A stretch of 64,000 nt of DNA, from contig JAXMNT010000041.1 of the NCBI GenBank assembly GCA_034670305.1, forward strand, positions 1 to 64,000, written 5' to 3'. Source of the DNA: Deltaproteobacteria bacterium. Lineage in GTDB: Bacteria > Myxococcota_A > Polyangia > Polyangiales > Houyiibacteriaceae. Shown one piece after another: positions 56,376 through 64,000 of the stretch. Under the pieces are notes generated by a model, which saw nothing but the letters and a program-made list of their open reading frames with translations, was not told where the DNA came from and did no database searches. A program made the translations under genes and the position numbers. Every line of letters begins with the position of its first letter. The first letter of the stretch is position 1.

Positions 56376-57077
56376 ATCCCGACCCCGTCGTCGGTCGCCA
56401 TCGTCGGTGTGGGCGCGAACCTGGGCGCGCGGTGGGCCACCCTGAACGCCGCCGCGCGGCTCGCTGCTGGACGGGGGCTGACGCTCGAACGCCGAGCGTC
56501 CGTGTACGAGACACCAGCGCTCGTGCCTGAGGGCGCGCCGGCTGGGCCAGCGTTCTTGAACACCGCGTGGCGGGTGCGGTTCGCGGGCTCAGCGAGCAAC
56601 TTGCTGGCCACGCTCTTGACCATCGAACGACACCTCGGACGCGATCGCGCCGCCGGTCGGTGGTCGGCGCGCACCTTGGACCTCGACCTGCTCTGGCTAG
56701 AGACCGGCGGCCGCGCCGTGCGGGTCGACCTTCCCCAGCTCCAAGTGCCGCACCCGGCACTCCGCCAGCGGGCGTTCGCCCTGGCGCCGCTGCTCGACGT
56801 CGCGCCCGAGTTGCGCCACCTCCGCCCACACCTTCGGGAGATCCCTCGCCGCCTGCATGGCCCACCGGACACTCCGGAGGAAGCGCGCGCCGCCGAACTC
56901 TCTCGCCAACTGCGATCCGCGCGCCACGCCACGACCGGTTGGCAGTGCGTGGTCCTTCGAGCGGGAGAGCCGATGCCGCCCGAATGGTCCACCGCTGCGG
57001 TGACCGTTCAGCGGGCGGGCTTGGACGAGATCCGCTACCTGGTGGGGTCCACCAAACGGGACTGTCGTTTCCGGTGA
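56376..57077 (+). CDS. folK: 2-amino-4-hydroxy-6-hydroxymethyldihydropteridine diphosphokinase
   Basis: AIVGVGANLG, SVYETPA, FLNTA, IERHLGR, RWSARTLDLDLL, VPHPALRQRAFALAPL; start codon unclear. Confidence 0.9.
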   Translation: MPTPSSVAIVGVGANLGARWATLNAAARLAAGRGLTLERRASVYETPALVPEGAPAGPAFLNTAWRVRFAGSASNLLATLLTIERHLGRDRAAGRWSARTLDLDLLWLETGGRAVRVDLPQLQVPHPALRQRAFALAPLLDVAPELRHLRPHLREIPRRLHGPPDTPEEARAAELSRQLRSARHATTGWQCVVLRAGEPMPPEWSTAAVTVQRAGLDEIRYLVGSTKRDCRFR

Positions 57078-57145
57078 CTTCCGAGTAACCTTGCCCGGCA
57101 AAGACAGGGCCCCGACGACCTTCTTGGACCGGGGATCAGGAGACG

Positions 57146-58957
57146 ATGGCCGACACCCGCAAGGATCGACGAGCACCCCTCGAACTCAAGGTTCGCTTCA
57201 AGAGCGCAACACTCGACGACTTCGTCGATCAGTACAGCGCCGACATCTCGCGGGGAGGCATCTACATCAAGTCGAAGCGCCCGCTGAAGGTGGGCACCCT
57301 CCTCAAGTTCGAGTTCCAGTTGAAAGACCAGACCTCGCTCATCCATGGGGTGGGCCGCGTGGTCTGGGTCAAGCAGCCGGAGGACGAAGGCCCGATCCCG
57401 CCGGGCATGGGCATCAAGTTCATCAAGATGGACGCGGAGAGCCGTGCCCTCGTGCAGGACATCGTCAGCAAGCGCGGCGACGGCCCCGGACGCTTCGACA
57501 CCGGCTCCGAGAAGGAGTCGATGTTCCCGGACGAGGGTCCAGCGGAACTCCCGCCCCCGGAGGACCGGACCAGCGTTCGACACGCGAGTGAGTTCCTGGC
57601 CGAAGCGCTCGCAGGCGCGGGCGGTTCCTCGGCGGAAGAAGCCGAGGCGGAGGCGGAAGCCGCCCGCAAACGCACCGAAGAGATTCAGGCCAAACGCGCG
57701 GCCGAAGAGAAGGCACGCAAACAAGCGGCCGACAAGAAGCCCGAGCCGGCCGCCGAACCCGACGACGCCGGCGACGGGTTCGACGAGTCGCCCACCCGCG
57801 TGGTGGATCGCTCGTCGATCGAAGACCTGGCCGAAGAGAGCAAAGAGGCGCTCGACGTCGACGTGGACGAGTCCGCGGACACGGTCTCCTCCAGCGACTC
57901 CAAGAAGGCTGCGGCCGAAGAAGCCAAACGCGTGGCCGAGGCGAAGAAGTCCAAAGACGAGAAGTCTGGGAAGTCCGCCCAAGCCGAGGCGCCGCAGAAG
58001 GACCGGGAAGAGAAGAAGGACTCCTTCCGTCCGCCGCCCAAGCAGCGCACCCTCAAGACCGATCCGCCCCCGCCTCAAGAAGAAGAAGGCGGCAGCAAAC
58101 TCCCGCTCATTCTCTTCTTGCTGCTGCTCGTCGGTGGCGGCGCCGGTTGGTACTTCTTGTACGGGCCCGGAAAGACGCCGGATCCGGTCGCGAACATCGA
58201 ACCGGAGGTCGAGCCCGAGGTCGAACCCGAGGTCGAGCCCGAGGTCGAACCGGAAGTCGAACCTGAGGTCGTCATGGCGACGCTCTCCATTCGTTCCGAG
58301 CCAGCGGGCGCGCGCATCCTCCTCGACGGAGAAGAAGTCGGCGTCACGCCGGCCGATGTCGAAGCGCCGCTCGGCGAGTCGGTCGTCGTGCGGCTGCAAC
58401 TCGCGGGTCACGCGGCCACGGAGCAGACCGTCGAGGTCGCGGAAGAGAACCCGCCGATCGACGCGGAGCTCGCCGCGCTCCCCTACATCTTGACGGTCGT
58501 GACCGATCCCGAAGGGGCGCGGGTCCGCATCGCGGGACAGACCGTCACCGGTCCGGGTGAGATCACGCTGCCGAGCTGGGACAGCGAACAGCAGGCGACC
58601 GCGACAGCGAGCGGCCGACAGACGGCCAGCGCGGTCGTGCGGGCCGAGGACTTCAGCGCCGCGCCGGACGCGATGCGCTACACGTTGCGACTCTCCCTCG
58701 AAGCGCGCGCCAGCAGCATGGGGTCGAGCATGGTCACCACCATGATGGAGACCGCGATGGAGACGGTGATGGAGACCGCGATGGAAACCGCGATGGAAAC
58801 CGCGATGGAAACCGTCATGGAGACCACGATGGAGACCGTCATGGAGACCACGATGGAGACCGCGATGGAAACCACCATGGAGACCGTCGTCATGGAAGTG
58901 CCGATCGTGATGGAGTCCGCCATGACGGACATGGCCCCCCCAGAAAACCCCTTCTGA
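57146..58957 (+). CDS. PilZ (TIGR02266-like) - TM - PEGA protein with Met-rich repeat tail
   Basis: RKDRR, DISRGGIYI, GRVVWV, GMGIKF; TM; EPEV repeats; SEPAGARILLDG PEGA; METx repeats. Confidence 0.9.
   Translation: MADTRKDRRAPLELKVRFKSATLDDFVDQYSADISRGGIYIKSKRPLKVGTLLKFEFQLKDQTSLIHGVGRVVWVKQPEDEGPIPPGMGIKFIKMDAESRALVQDIVSKRGDGPGRFDTGSEKESMFPDEGPAELPPPEDRTSVRHASEFLAEALAGAGGSSAEEAEAEAEAARKRTEEIQAKRAAEEKARKQAADKKPEPAAEPDDAGDGFDESPTRVVDRSSIEDLAEESKEALDVDVDESADTVSSSDSKKAAAEEAKRVAEAKKSKDEKSGKSAQAEAPQKDREEKKDSFRPPPKQRTLKTDPPPPQEEEGGSKLPLILFLLLLVGGGAGWYFLYGPGKTPDPVANIEPEVEPEVEPEVEPEVEPEVEPEVVMATLSIRSEPAGARILLDGEEVGVTPADVEAPLGESVVVRLQLAGHAATEQTVEVAEENPPIDAELAALPYILTVVTDPEGARVRIAGQTVTGPGEITLPSWDSEQQATATASGRQTASAVVRAEDFSAAPDAMRYTLRLSLEARASSMGSSMVTTMMETAMETVMETAMETAMETAMETVMETTMETVMETTMETAMETTMETVVMEVPIVMESAMTDMAPPENPF
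58742..58933 (+). repeat. coding 12-bp tandem repeat ATGGARACSNNN (MET[A/V/T])n
   Basis: Directly visible in DNA and translation. Confidence 0.9.
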
Positions 58958-59001
58958 CATCTCATCGCGGCCCGAGAGCGCCCACCGGACCCGAGGGCGC
59001 G

Positions 59002-59068
59002 CGACGCGGCGCAGGCGAGCGAAGCGAGCAGCCGTGTCACCGGGACGGGGTTGGGAGCGGCGCCAAGA
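59002..59068 (-). repeat. dispersed repeat, family B, copy 2
   Basis: Reverse complement contains AACCCCGTCCCGGTGACACGGCTGCTCGCTTCGCTCGCCTGCGCCGCGTCG. Confidence 0.75.
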
Positions 59069-59163
59069 AAGAAGACCCGCAGTCTCGTGAAGCGCGCCAG
59101 CTCGTGGGCGGCGGCAGGAAATGAACAACGGACGTGGTCCATGCGTCTGTACACTTCGTACCC

Positions 59164-59910
59164 ATGCGACCGCTCCATCTGCTCCTCCTCTTCGCGCTGA
59201 CTTTCGCCGCGACCTCCGCCACGTCCGCCGAGGCTCAGCCCCCGGACGTCGCAGCGGCGCGGGGGCGCGCGGCGCGGGCGATCGACTGCGTGGCGCGTTT
59301 GCACCGCACGCTCGGCACCCAGCTGCAGCTGCTGCGCGAGGCCCAGGCGCAGCTCAACGTCTCCGACACCGAGTTGCGCGAAGCCGCCGCCCACACCGTT
59401 CAGTCGATCGAACAGCGCATCGACGACCTCGGGGAGCAGCTGCGCGCCTGTGTGCCGCGGTCGGCGCGCCTCGAGACGCAGGTCCGGGTCGAGGAGCACA
59501 GTGGTGCGGAAGCCGCGGTGGGCCAAGAGAACGCGCACACCCAACGGGTCGAGGCGGACGCCGCGTTGACCCAGTACGTACACGTCCAGGTCGGTGAACG
59601 GGTGGACGGGCACGGACAGCTTCCGGTGGCGACCGTACGGCAGATGGTCCATGGGATCGGAGCCCGCCTCGGGCGGTGTTACGACCAACTGGCGGAGCGC
59701 AGCAGCCTCGAGCGCGGCACCCTCGTGCTCTCCTTCACGGTTGACGGGCGAGGTCGGGTCCAGCGCGTGCGGGTGGAAGCCCAGCACATCGGCGACAGCC
59801 ACTTCAACCGGTGTGTGCGGCACGCTGGACAGCGGATGCGCGCGGGCGCTTCCCCAAGCGGGGGAGACGTGCGATACGCGTACACCCTGCGATTTGGCCC
59901 AGCACGCTAG
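59164..59910 (+). CDS. secreted protein with AgmX/PglI-type (TonB-C-like) C-terminal domain
   Basis: Signal peptide; LGRCYDQL, GTLVLSFTVDGRGRV, FNRCV, YAYTLRF. Confidence 0.78.
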   Translation: MRPLHLLLLFALTFAATSATSAEAQPPDVAAARGRAARAIDCVARLHRTLGTQLQLLREAQAQLNVSDTELREAAAHTVQSIEQRIDDLGEQLRACVPRSARLETQVRVEEHSGAEAAVGQENAHTQRVEADAALTQYVHVQVGERVDGHGQLPVATVRQMVHGIGARLGRCYDQLAERSSLERGTLVLSFTVDGRGRVQRVRVEAQHIGDSHFNRCVRHAGQRMRAGASPSGGDVRYAYTLRFGPAR

Positions 59911-59976
59911 GAAATCTGCCGGCAGAGTTCCGCGGGTTTGCCAAGCGACCCCCAGATTGGGTAGGTTCCGCTCGGC

Positions 59977-61707
59977 TTGAACTTTTCGTCCCCACGGGAT
60001 CGGCGCGCCCGGTGGGTGGGCCTCCACCTCGGCCACTGGTTGATTCTGCTCTTGTCGCTTGTGGTCACCACGGCCGCTTGGTGGTTCAGCGACCAGCAGA
60101 TCAGACACCAGACCGACGCGCGCTTCGAACAAGAGACCCATCGGGTGCGTTCGCTGATCGTCGAGCGGATGGAGACCTACGAAGACGCGCTCATCGCTGG
60201 CATCGGGACCATCGACGCGCTCGGCGGCGAAGTCAGTACGGCCGAGTGGGCTCGGTTCGCGGGTTCGCTGCGACTCGAACGACGCTACCCGGGCATCCAC
60301 GGCATCGGGGTCATCGAACAGGTCCACGACGTCCAGGCCTACGAGGCCCAGCAACGTCTGGACCGGCCCGACTTCCACATCTTTCCGGCACACGAACGGG
60401 ACGAGTGGTTGCCGATCATCTTTGTCGAACCGTTGGCCGACAACTCCCGCGCGGTCGGCCTGGACATGGCGCACGAGGACAACCGCTACCAGGCTGCCGT
60501 CCGCGCGAGGGCGTCGGGCACGACTCAGATCACGGGGCCGATCGCCCTGGTTCAGGAAGACGAGCCGACCCCCGGGTTCTTGATCTTCGCGCCCCGGTAC
60601 GAAGGCCCGACCGCCACCGCTGCGGAACGCCGTGATTCGTTCAAGCAGTTCGTGTACGCGCCGTTCGTCGTCCACCGGTTGATGGAAGGTGTGCTGGCGC
60701 GCGACACCCGATTGGTCGACGTGCGCGTGACGGATGCGGACGAAGTGACCTTCGACGAGATCGAAGACGACCCGGCCCGACGCCGGGGCTCGGAGGCGAT
60801 GCCCTTCTACGGACGGACCTGGCAACTGGACTACCAAGCGACGCCTGGGTTCGCGCGGGCCACCGCGTCTGCTCAACCGCTCTTGATCCTCATCGCCGGA
60901 CTGACCATCGATCTGGTGCTGCTCTTCCTGTTTCTCACGATCGCACGCGCCCGGGAACGTGCGGAGCTCGCCGCCACGCAGCTCCAGGAGAAACACGCCC
61001 AGGCCGTCGCCTCCAACGAGGACCTCGAACGGTTCGCCTACGTCGCGTCGCACGATCTGCGGGAACCATTGCGCATGGTGACGTCGTACCTCGGGGTGCT
61101 GCGCGAGCAGCTCGACGGACGGCTCAACGAGATGGAGCAGACGTCCCTCGGCTTTGCGCTCGAAGGCGGCACGCGCATGCAGCAGTTGCTGGACGCGCTG
61201 CTCGCGTACGGACGCGCGGGTCGAGAGGTGGATGTCGACGCAGTGGTCGATCTGGACGAGGTCATGGCCGAGGTGGCGGACACGCTGGCGCCGCTTCGCG
61301 AAAAAACTGGTGGGTCGCTCGACGTGTCGGTTCTGGGACAGGTCACGGGCAACCGGGTGCTCCTCACCCAGCTGCTCCAGAACCTCGTCTCCAATGGGTT
61401 CAAGTACCACCGCGAAGGCGTGGCGCCGCAGGTCGAGGTGCGCGCCGTGCCGGATGGCGAACATGTGGTGTTGTCGGTGCGAGACAACGGCCTCGGGATC
61501 GAAACCGAACACTTGGAGCGCATCTTCGAACCGTTCAAACGACTCCACCGCCACGCCGACCTCGAGGGGTCCGGCGTGGGGCTCGCCATCTGCGCGCGGG
61601 TGGCCGAGCGACACGGCACCCAGATCGAAGTGCATTCTGAACTCGGATGCGGCGCCACCTTCTCTGTTCGACTCGCACGCCCCAACGCCCCACCGGAGCC
61701 GCCATGA
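59977..61707 (+). CDS. CHASE-domain sensor histidine kinase
   Basis: TM-CHASE (RYPGIHGIG, NSRAVGLDM, ITGPIALVQE)-TM; ASHDLREPL, QNLVSNGFKY, DNGLGI, GSGVGLAIC. Confidence 0.95.
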   Translation: MNFSSPRDRRARWVGLHLGHWLILLLSLVVTTAAWWFSDQQIRHQTDARFEQETHRVRSLIVERMETYEDALIAGIGTIDALGGEVSTAEWARFAGSLRLERRYPGIHGIGVIEQVHDVQAYEAQQRLDRPDFHIFPAHERDEWLPIIFVEPLADNSRAVGLDMAHEDNRYQAAVRARASGTTQITGPIALVQEDEPTPGFLIFAPRYEGPTATAAERRDSFKQFVYAPFVVHRLMEGVLARDTRLVDVRVTDADEVTFDEIEDDPARRRGSEAMPFYGRTWQLDYQATPGFARATASAQPLLILIAGLTIDLVLLFLFLTIARARERAELAATQLQEKHAQAVASNEDLERFAYVASHDLREPLRMVTSYLGVLREQLDGRLNEMEQTSLGFALEGGTRMQQLLDALLAYGRAGREVDVDAVVDLDEVMAEVADTLAPLREKTGGSLDVSVLGQVTGNRVLLTQLLQNLVSNGFKYHREGVAPQVEVRAVPDGEHVVLSVRDNGLGIETEHLERIFEPFKRLHRHADLEGSGVGLAICARVAERHGTQIEVHSELGCGATFSVRLARPNAPPEPP

Positions 61708-62126
61708 AGATCCTTCGATCCGTCCTCGTCATCGACGACAACCCGGCGGACGCCCACTTCGTGCGTCTGAAGTGGATGCCGACGGGCCGCGTCGGGACCC
61801 TGGCCGTGGCGAACGGCGGGGAGGCCGCGCTCGAGATTCTGCGGGATCCGAAACGCTGCGCGGAGTTGTTCGAGGGGCGGCCGGTGCCCGATCTCATCTT
61901 GCTCGACATCAACATGCCGCGGATGGATGGATTCGAGTTCCTCGAGCGCTACCAGCCGAACACGCTGCCGCCGGCCATCATCCTCCACACCTCGTCCGCC
62001 GAGCCCGAGGATCGACAACGGGCGAGCGCGCTCGGCGCCCACGGTTTGCTCCTCAAACCTCCCAAGCCGCGCGATGTGATCCGACTCGCGGAGGAGTACG
62101 GCCACGAAGTTGCGTCGCCTCTCTGA
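61704..62126 (+). CDS. single-domain response regulator
   Basis: VLVIDDN, LILLDINMPRMDG, TSS, KP; ATGA overlap with the kinase. Confidence 0.95.
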   Translation: MKILRSVLVIDDNPADAHFVRLKWMPTGRVGTLAVANGGEAALEILRDPKRCAELFEGRPVPDLILLDINMPRMDGFEFLERYQPNTLPPAIILHTSSAEPEDRQRASALGAHGLLLKPPKPRDVIRLAEEYGHEVASPL

Positions 62127-62157
62127 GGTCGGGTCGTGCGAGACGAGTGCTGGCCTC

Positions 62158-62211
62158 GGGAATCGCAGTGCTGGCTGTGGGAATCGCAGTGCTGGCTGTG
62201 GGAATCGCAGT
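62158..62211 (+). repeat. 21-bp tandem repeat GGGAATCGCAGTGCTGGCTGT, about 2.6 copies
   Basis: Directly visible between convergent genes. Confidence 0.85.
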
Positions 62212-62219
62212 CCTGAGCG

Positions 62220-62966
62220 TCAGGACTGGCGGACGACGCGGACGAACGCGCGGATGCCTTGCAGCAGTTCGCGGTCTTCGGTGAGTTTGGCCATGGAGCG
62301 TTCGAGCTCGAGCAGCACGGTGTTCACCTTCTCGTCGTACCGTCCCTCGCGCAGACGCGCGGCGTGTTCTCTGGTCTCGAGATCCTTCTCCAGCCGCGCG
62401 TCGGCTTCGCTCAACATCGGGAGCTCCGAGTCCGCGATCTGCGCGAGGCGAAGTTCGGCTTCCCGGAGCCGTCCACGAAGTTCGACCACGTCTTCGCGCG
62501 GGTAGCGGGCGCGCTGGCGCAGGTCGAGCAAGCGTCGGCGCAAGTGTTGGTACGCCGCGCCAATCGGCCGGAGCACCAACCCGAGCACGAAGAACCCGGC
62601 GAACAGATACCCGACTTGCCCGCCGGTCGCGTAGGTCACGCCAGCGACGGTCCCGGCGCCGAGGAGGTGCAGGCCGACCGCGACCGCGAGCAGACGCGGT
62701 GCCATGCGCCGGGCGACATCGCGGTCGCCGGCCGTCACCTCGACGCCGCGTGCTTCGCTCTCCTTCTGCTCGTAGGCGAGCTCGCGGGCCGAGAAGTAGA
62801 GGTCCCACGGGAGCCAGACCACGGCCCACAACGCCACCAGCGCGACCGCCCCCATGCCGAGGTCGAGTGCGTGGGTTGCGTTCAACCATCCCATCCAACC
62901 GGCGAACACGCCGGTGAGTACGAAGAGCGTGAGGAGCCAGACAAAGGCGGTACCGGTGCGTCGCAT
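62220..62966 (-). CDS. membrane protein with C-terminal coiled coil
   Basis: Four hydrophobic helices, WLPWDLYF, heptad-like C-terminus. Confidence 0.75.
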   Translation of the reverse strand: MRRTGTAFVWLLTLFVLTGVFAGWMGWLNATHALDLGMGAVALVALWAVVWLPWDLYFSARELAYEQKESEARGVEVTAGDRDVARRMAPRLLAVAVGLHLLGAGTVAGVTYATGGQVGYLFAGFFVLGLVLRPIGAAYQHLRRRLLDLRQRARYPREDVVELRGRLREAELRLAQIADSELPMLSEADARLEKDLETREHAARLREGRYDEKVNTVLLELERSMAKLTEDRELLQGIRAFVRVVRQS

Positions 62967-63102
62967 GCGACGGGTAGAGCAACCTCCGTGCCGATGCGAA
63001 GAGACCTGAGGAAACCGCGCGGCGTCCGCGGGTCTCTCCCGGGTGAAGCATCGGGTGAAGCATCGGGTGTGCGGGGCATGTACATGGGAGGTACGCCGCC
63101 CG

Positions 63103-63398
63103 CGCCCGTGCCCTTGCTGCCCTTGCTGCCCGTGCTGCCCGCGCTGCCCTTGGAGATCGATCCCGAAGCCGAACCCGAAGCCGATCCCCAAGCCGACGCC
63201 GATCCCGAAGCCGAAAGCCGAACGCCGATCGCGATCCCGAAGCCGATCCCGATCCCGAAGCCGACGCCGATCCCGATCCCGAAGCCGAAGCCGAAGCCGA
63301 AGCCGATTCCCGAAGCCGAAGCCGATTCCCGAAGCCGAAGCCGATTCCCGATTCCCGATTCCCGATCCCGATCCCGATTCCCGATTCCCCGATCCCGG
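63103..63398. repeat. composite array (CCCTTGCTG nonamers, then CCGAAG/CCGATC hexamers and CCCGATT heptamers)
   Basis: Directly visible, intergenic. Confidence 0.88.
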
Positions 63399-63418
63399 CC
63401 CGGAGTCGCGAAACCGTC

Positions 63419-64000
63419 TCAGGCGCGGTACGTGCGGGTGAGGCGGGCGGCCAGCGGGGGGGGCAGGTCGATCGAGGGGGTCGACATGCTGCTGCGCACG
63501 TTCTTCTCCGAACTTCCGCCGCAGACCGGGACGAGGCACTCGGACGTGCGCAGAAGCCACGCCAAGACGACTTCGTGGGGGCTGTGCCCGAGTTGAGTGG
63601 CGACCTCTTGCAGCACCGGTTCGTGCGCGACGCGGCCGGCGCGCCACCCGCCCATCGGCGCGTACCCGAGCAGCGCGATGCCTTCGCGGGCGCAGTACGC
63701 CAGCAGATCTCGGTCGGGCGCGACGAAGACGCTCGCTTCGTTCTGCACGCTCACGATCTCAGCGACCGCGCGGGCACGTTCGACTTCTGCGAGCGTGACG
63801 TTCGAGAGGCCGAGCAGCCGTGCTTTGCCTTCGTCTTGGAGCCGCGCGAGCGCGCCCACGCTCTCTTCGATCGCGACCTCGGCGTCGACCGCGTGCAACT
63901 GGAGCAGGTCGATGGTCTCGACCCCGAGCGCCGCAAGCGAACCTTCGCATGCACCGCGCAGGTGGTCGGGCCGGCCGCAGTGAAGCCACACCGCGCCCTG
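63419..64000 (-). CDS. aldo/keto reductase (5' end lies outside the window)
   Basis: SLAALGVETIDLLQLH, GKARLLGLSNV, VSVQN, LAWLL. Confidence 0.88.
   Translation of the reverse strand, partial: QGAVWLHCGRPDHLRGACEGSLAALGVETIDLLQLHAVDAEVAIEESVGALARLQDEGKARLLGLSNVTLAEVERARAVAEIVSVQNEASVFVAPDRDLLAYCAREGIALLGYAPMGGWRAGRVAHEPVLQEVATQLGHSPHEVVLAWLLRTSECLVPVCGGSSEKNVRSSMSTPSIDLPPPLAARLTRTYRA

Noticed and set aside
62158-62211. 21-bp repeats as a CRISPR array
   Set aside because: Head-to-tail tandem copies without spacers.
1-64000. rRNA or tRNA genes
   Set aside because: No cloverleaf or rRNA-like segment was recognised; intergenic space is short or filled by repeats. A covariance-model scan was not possible.

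Overview
A high-GC, gene-dense chromosomal window. It is most likely from a myxobacterium of the Polyangia/Sandaracinaceae type, inferred from four Hanks-type Ser/Thr kinases, PEGA, PilZ and FHA proteins, many Cys-rich lipoproteins and DAPG linkers. About 50 CDS are supportable, including recF, ftsK, gshB, two gamma-glutamyltransferases, folK, a PolX-PHP, pirin, two aldo/keto reductases and a CHASE kinase/response regulator pair. I saw no rRNA, tRNA, CRISPR array or transposase. The strongest candidate for an undescribed system is a three-gene lipoprotein cassette at 29906-32835, just downstream of recF. Its first gene has a perfect (CTCA)10 tract inside the signal-peptide coding region that currently puts it out of frame (a slipped-strand phase-variation 'OFF' state), and it is followed by two paralogous Cys-rich lipoproteins. 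Other notable signals are: a GHKL-ATPase/HEXXH fusion divergent from a PolX lacking its catalytic aspartates; an ECF sigma fused to a Cys-less ZAS-like segment; a lipoprotein with five Sushi/CCP modules; a TIMP-like protein; Met-rich repeat tails; many apparently leaderless gene starts; two small dispersed repeat families; and composite intergenic hexamer arrays. All product calls come from motif recognition by eye; no database search was run.
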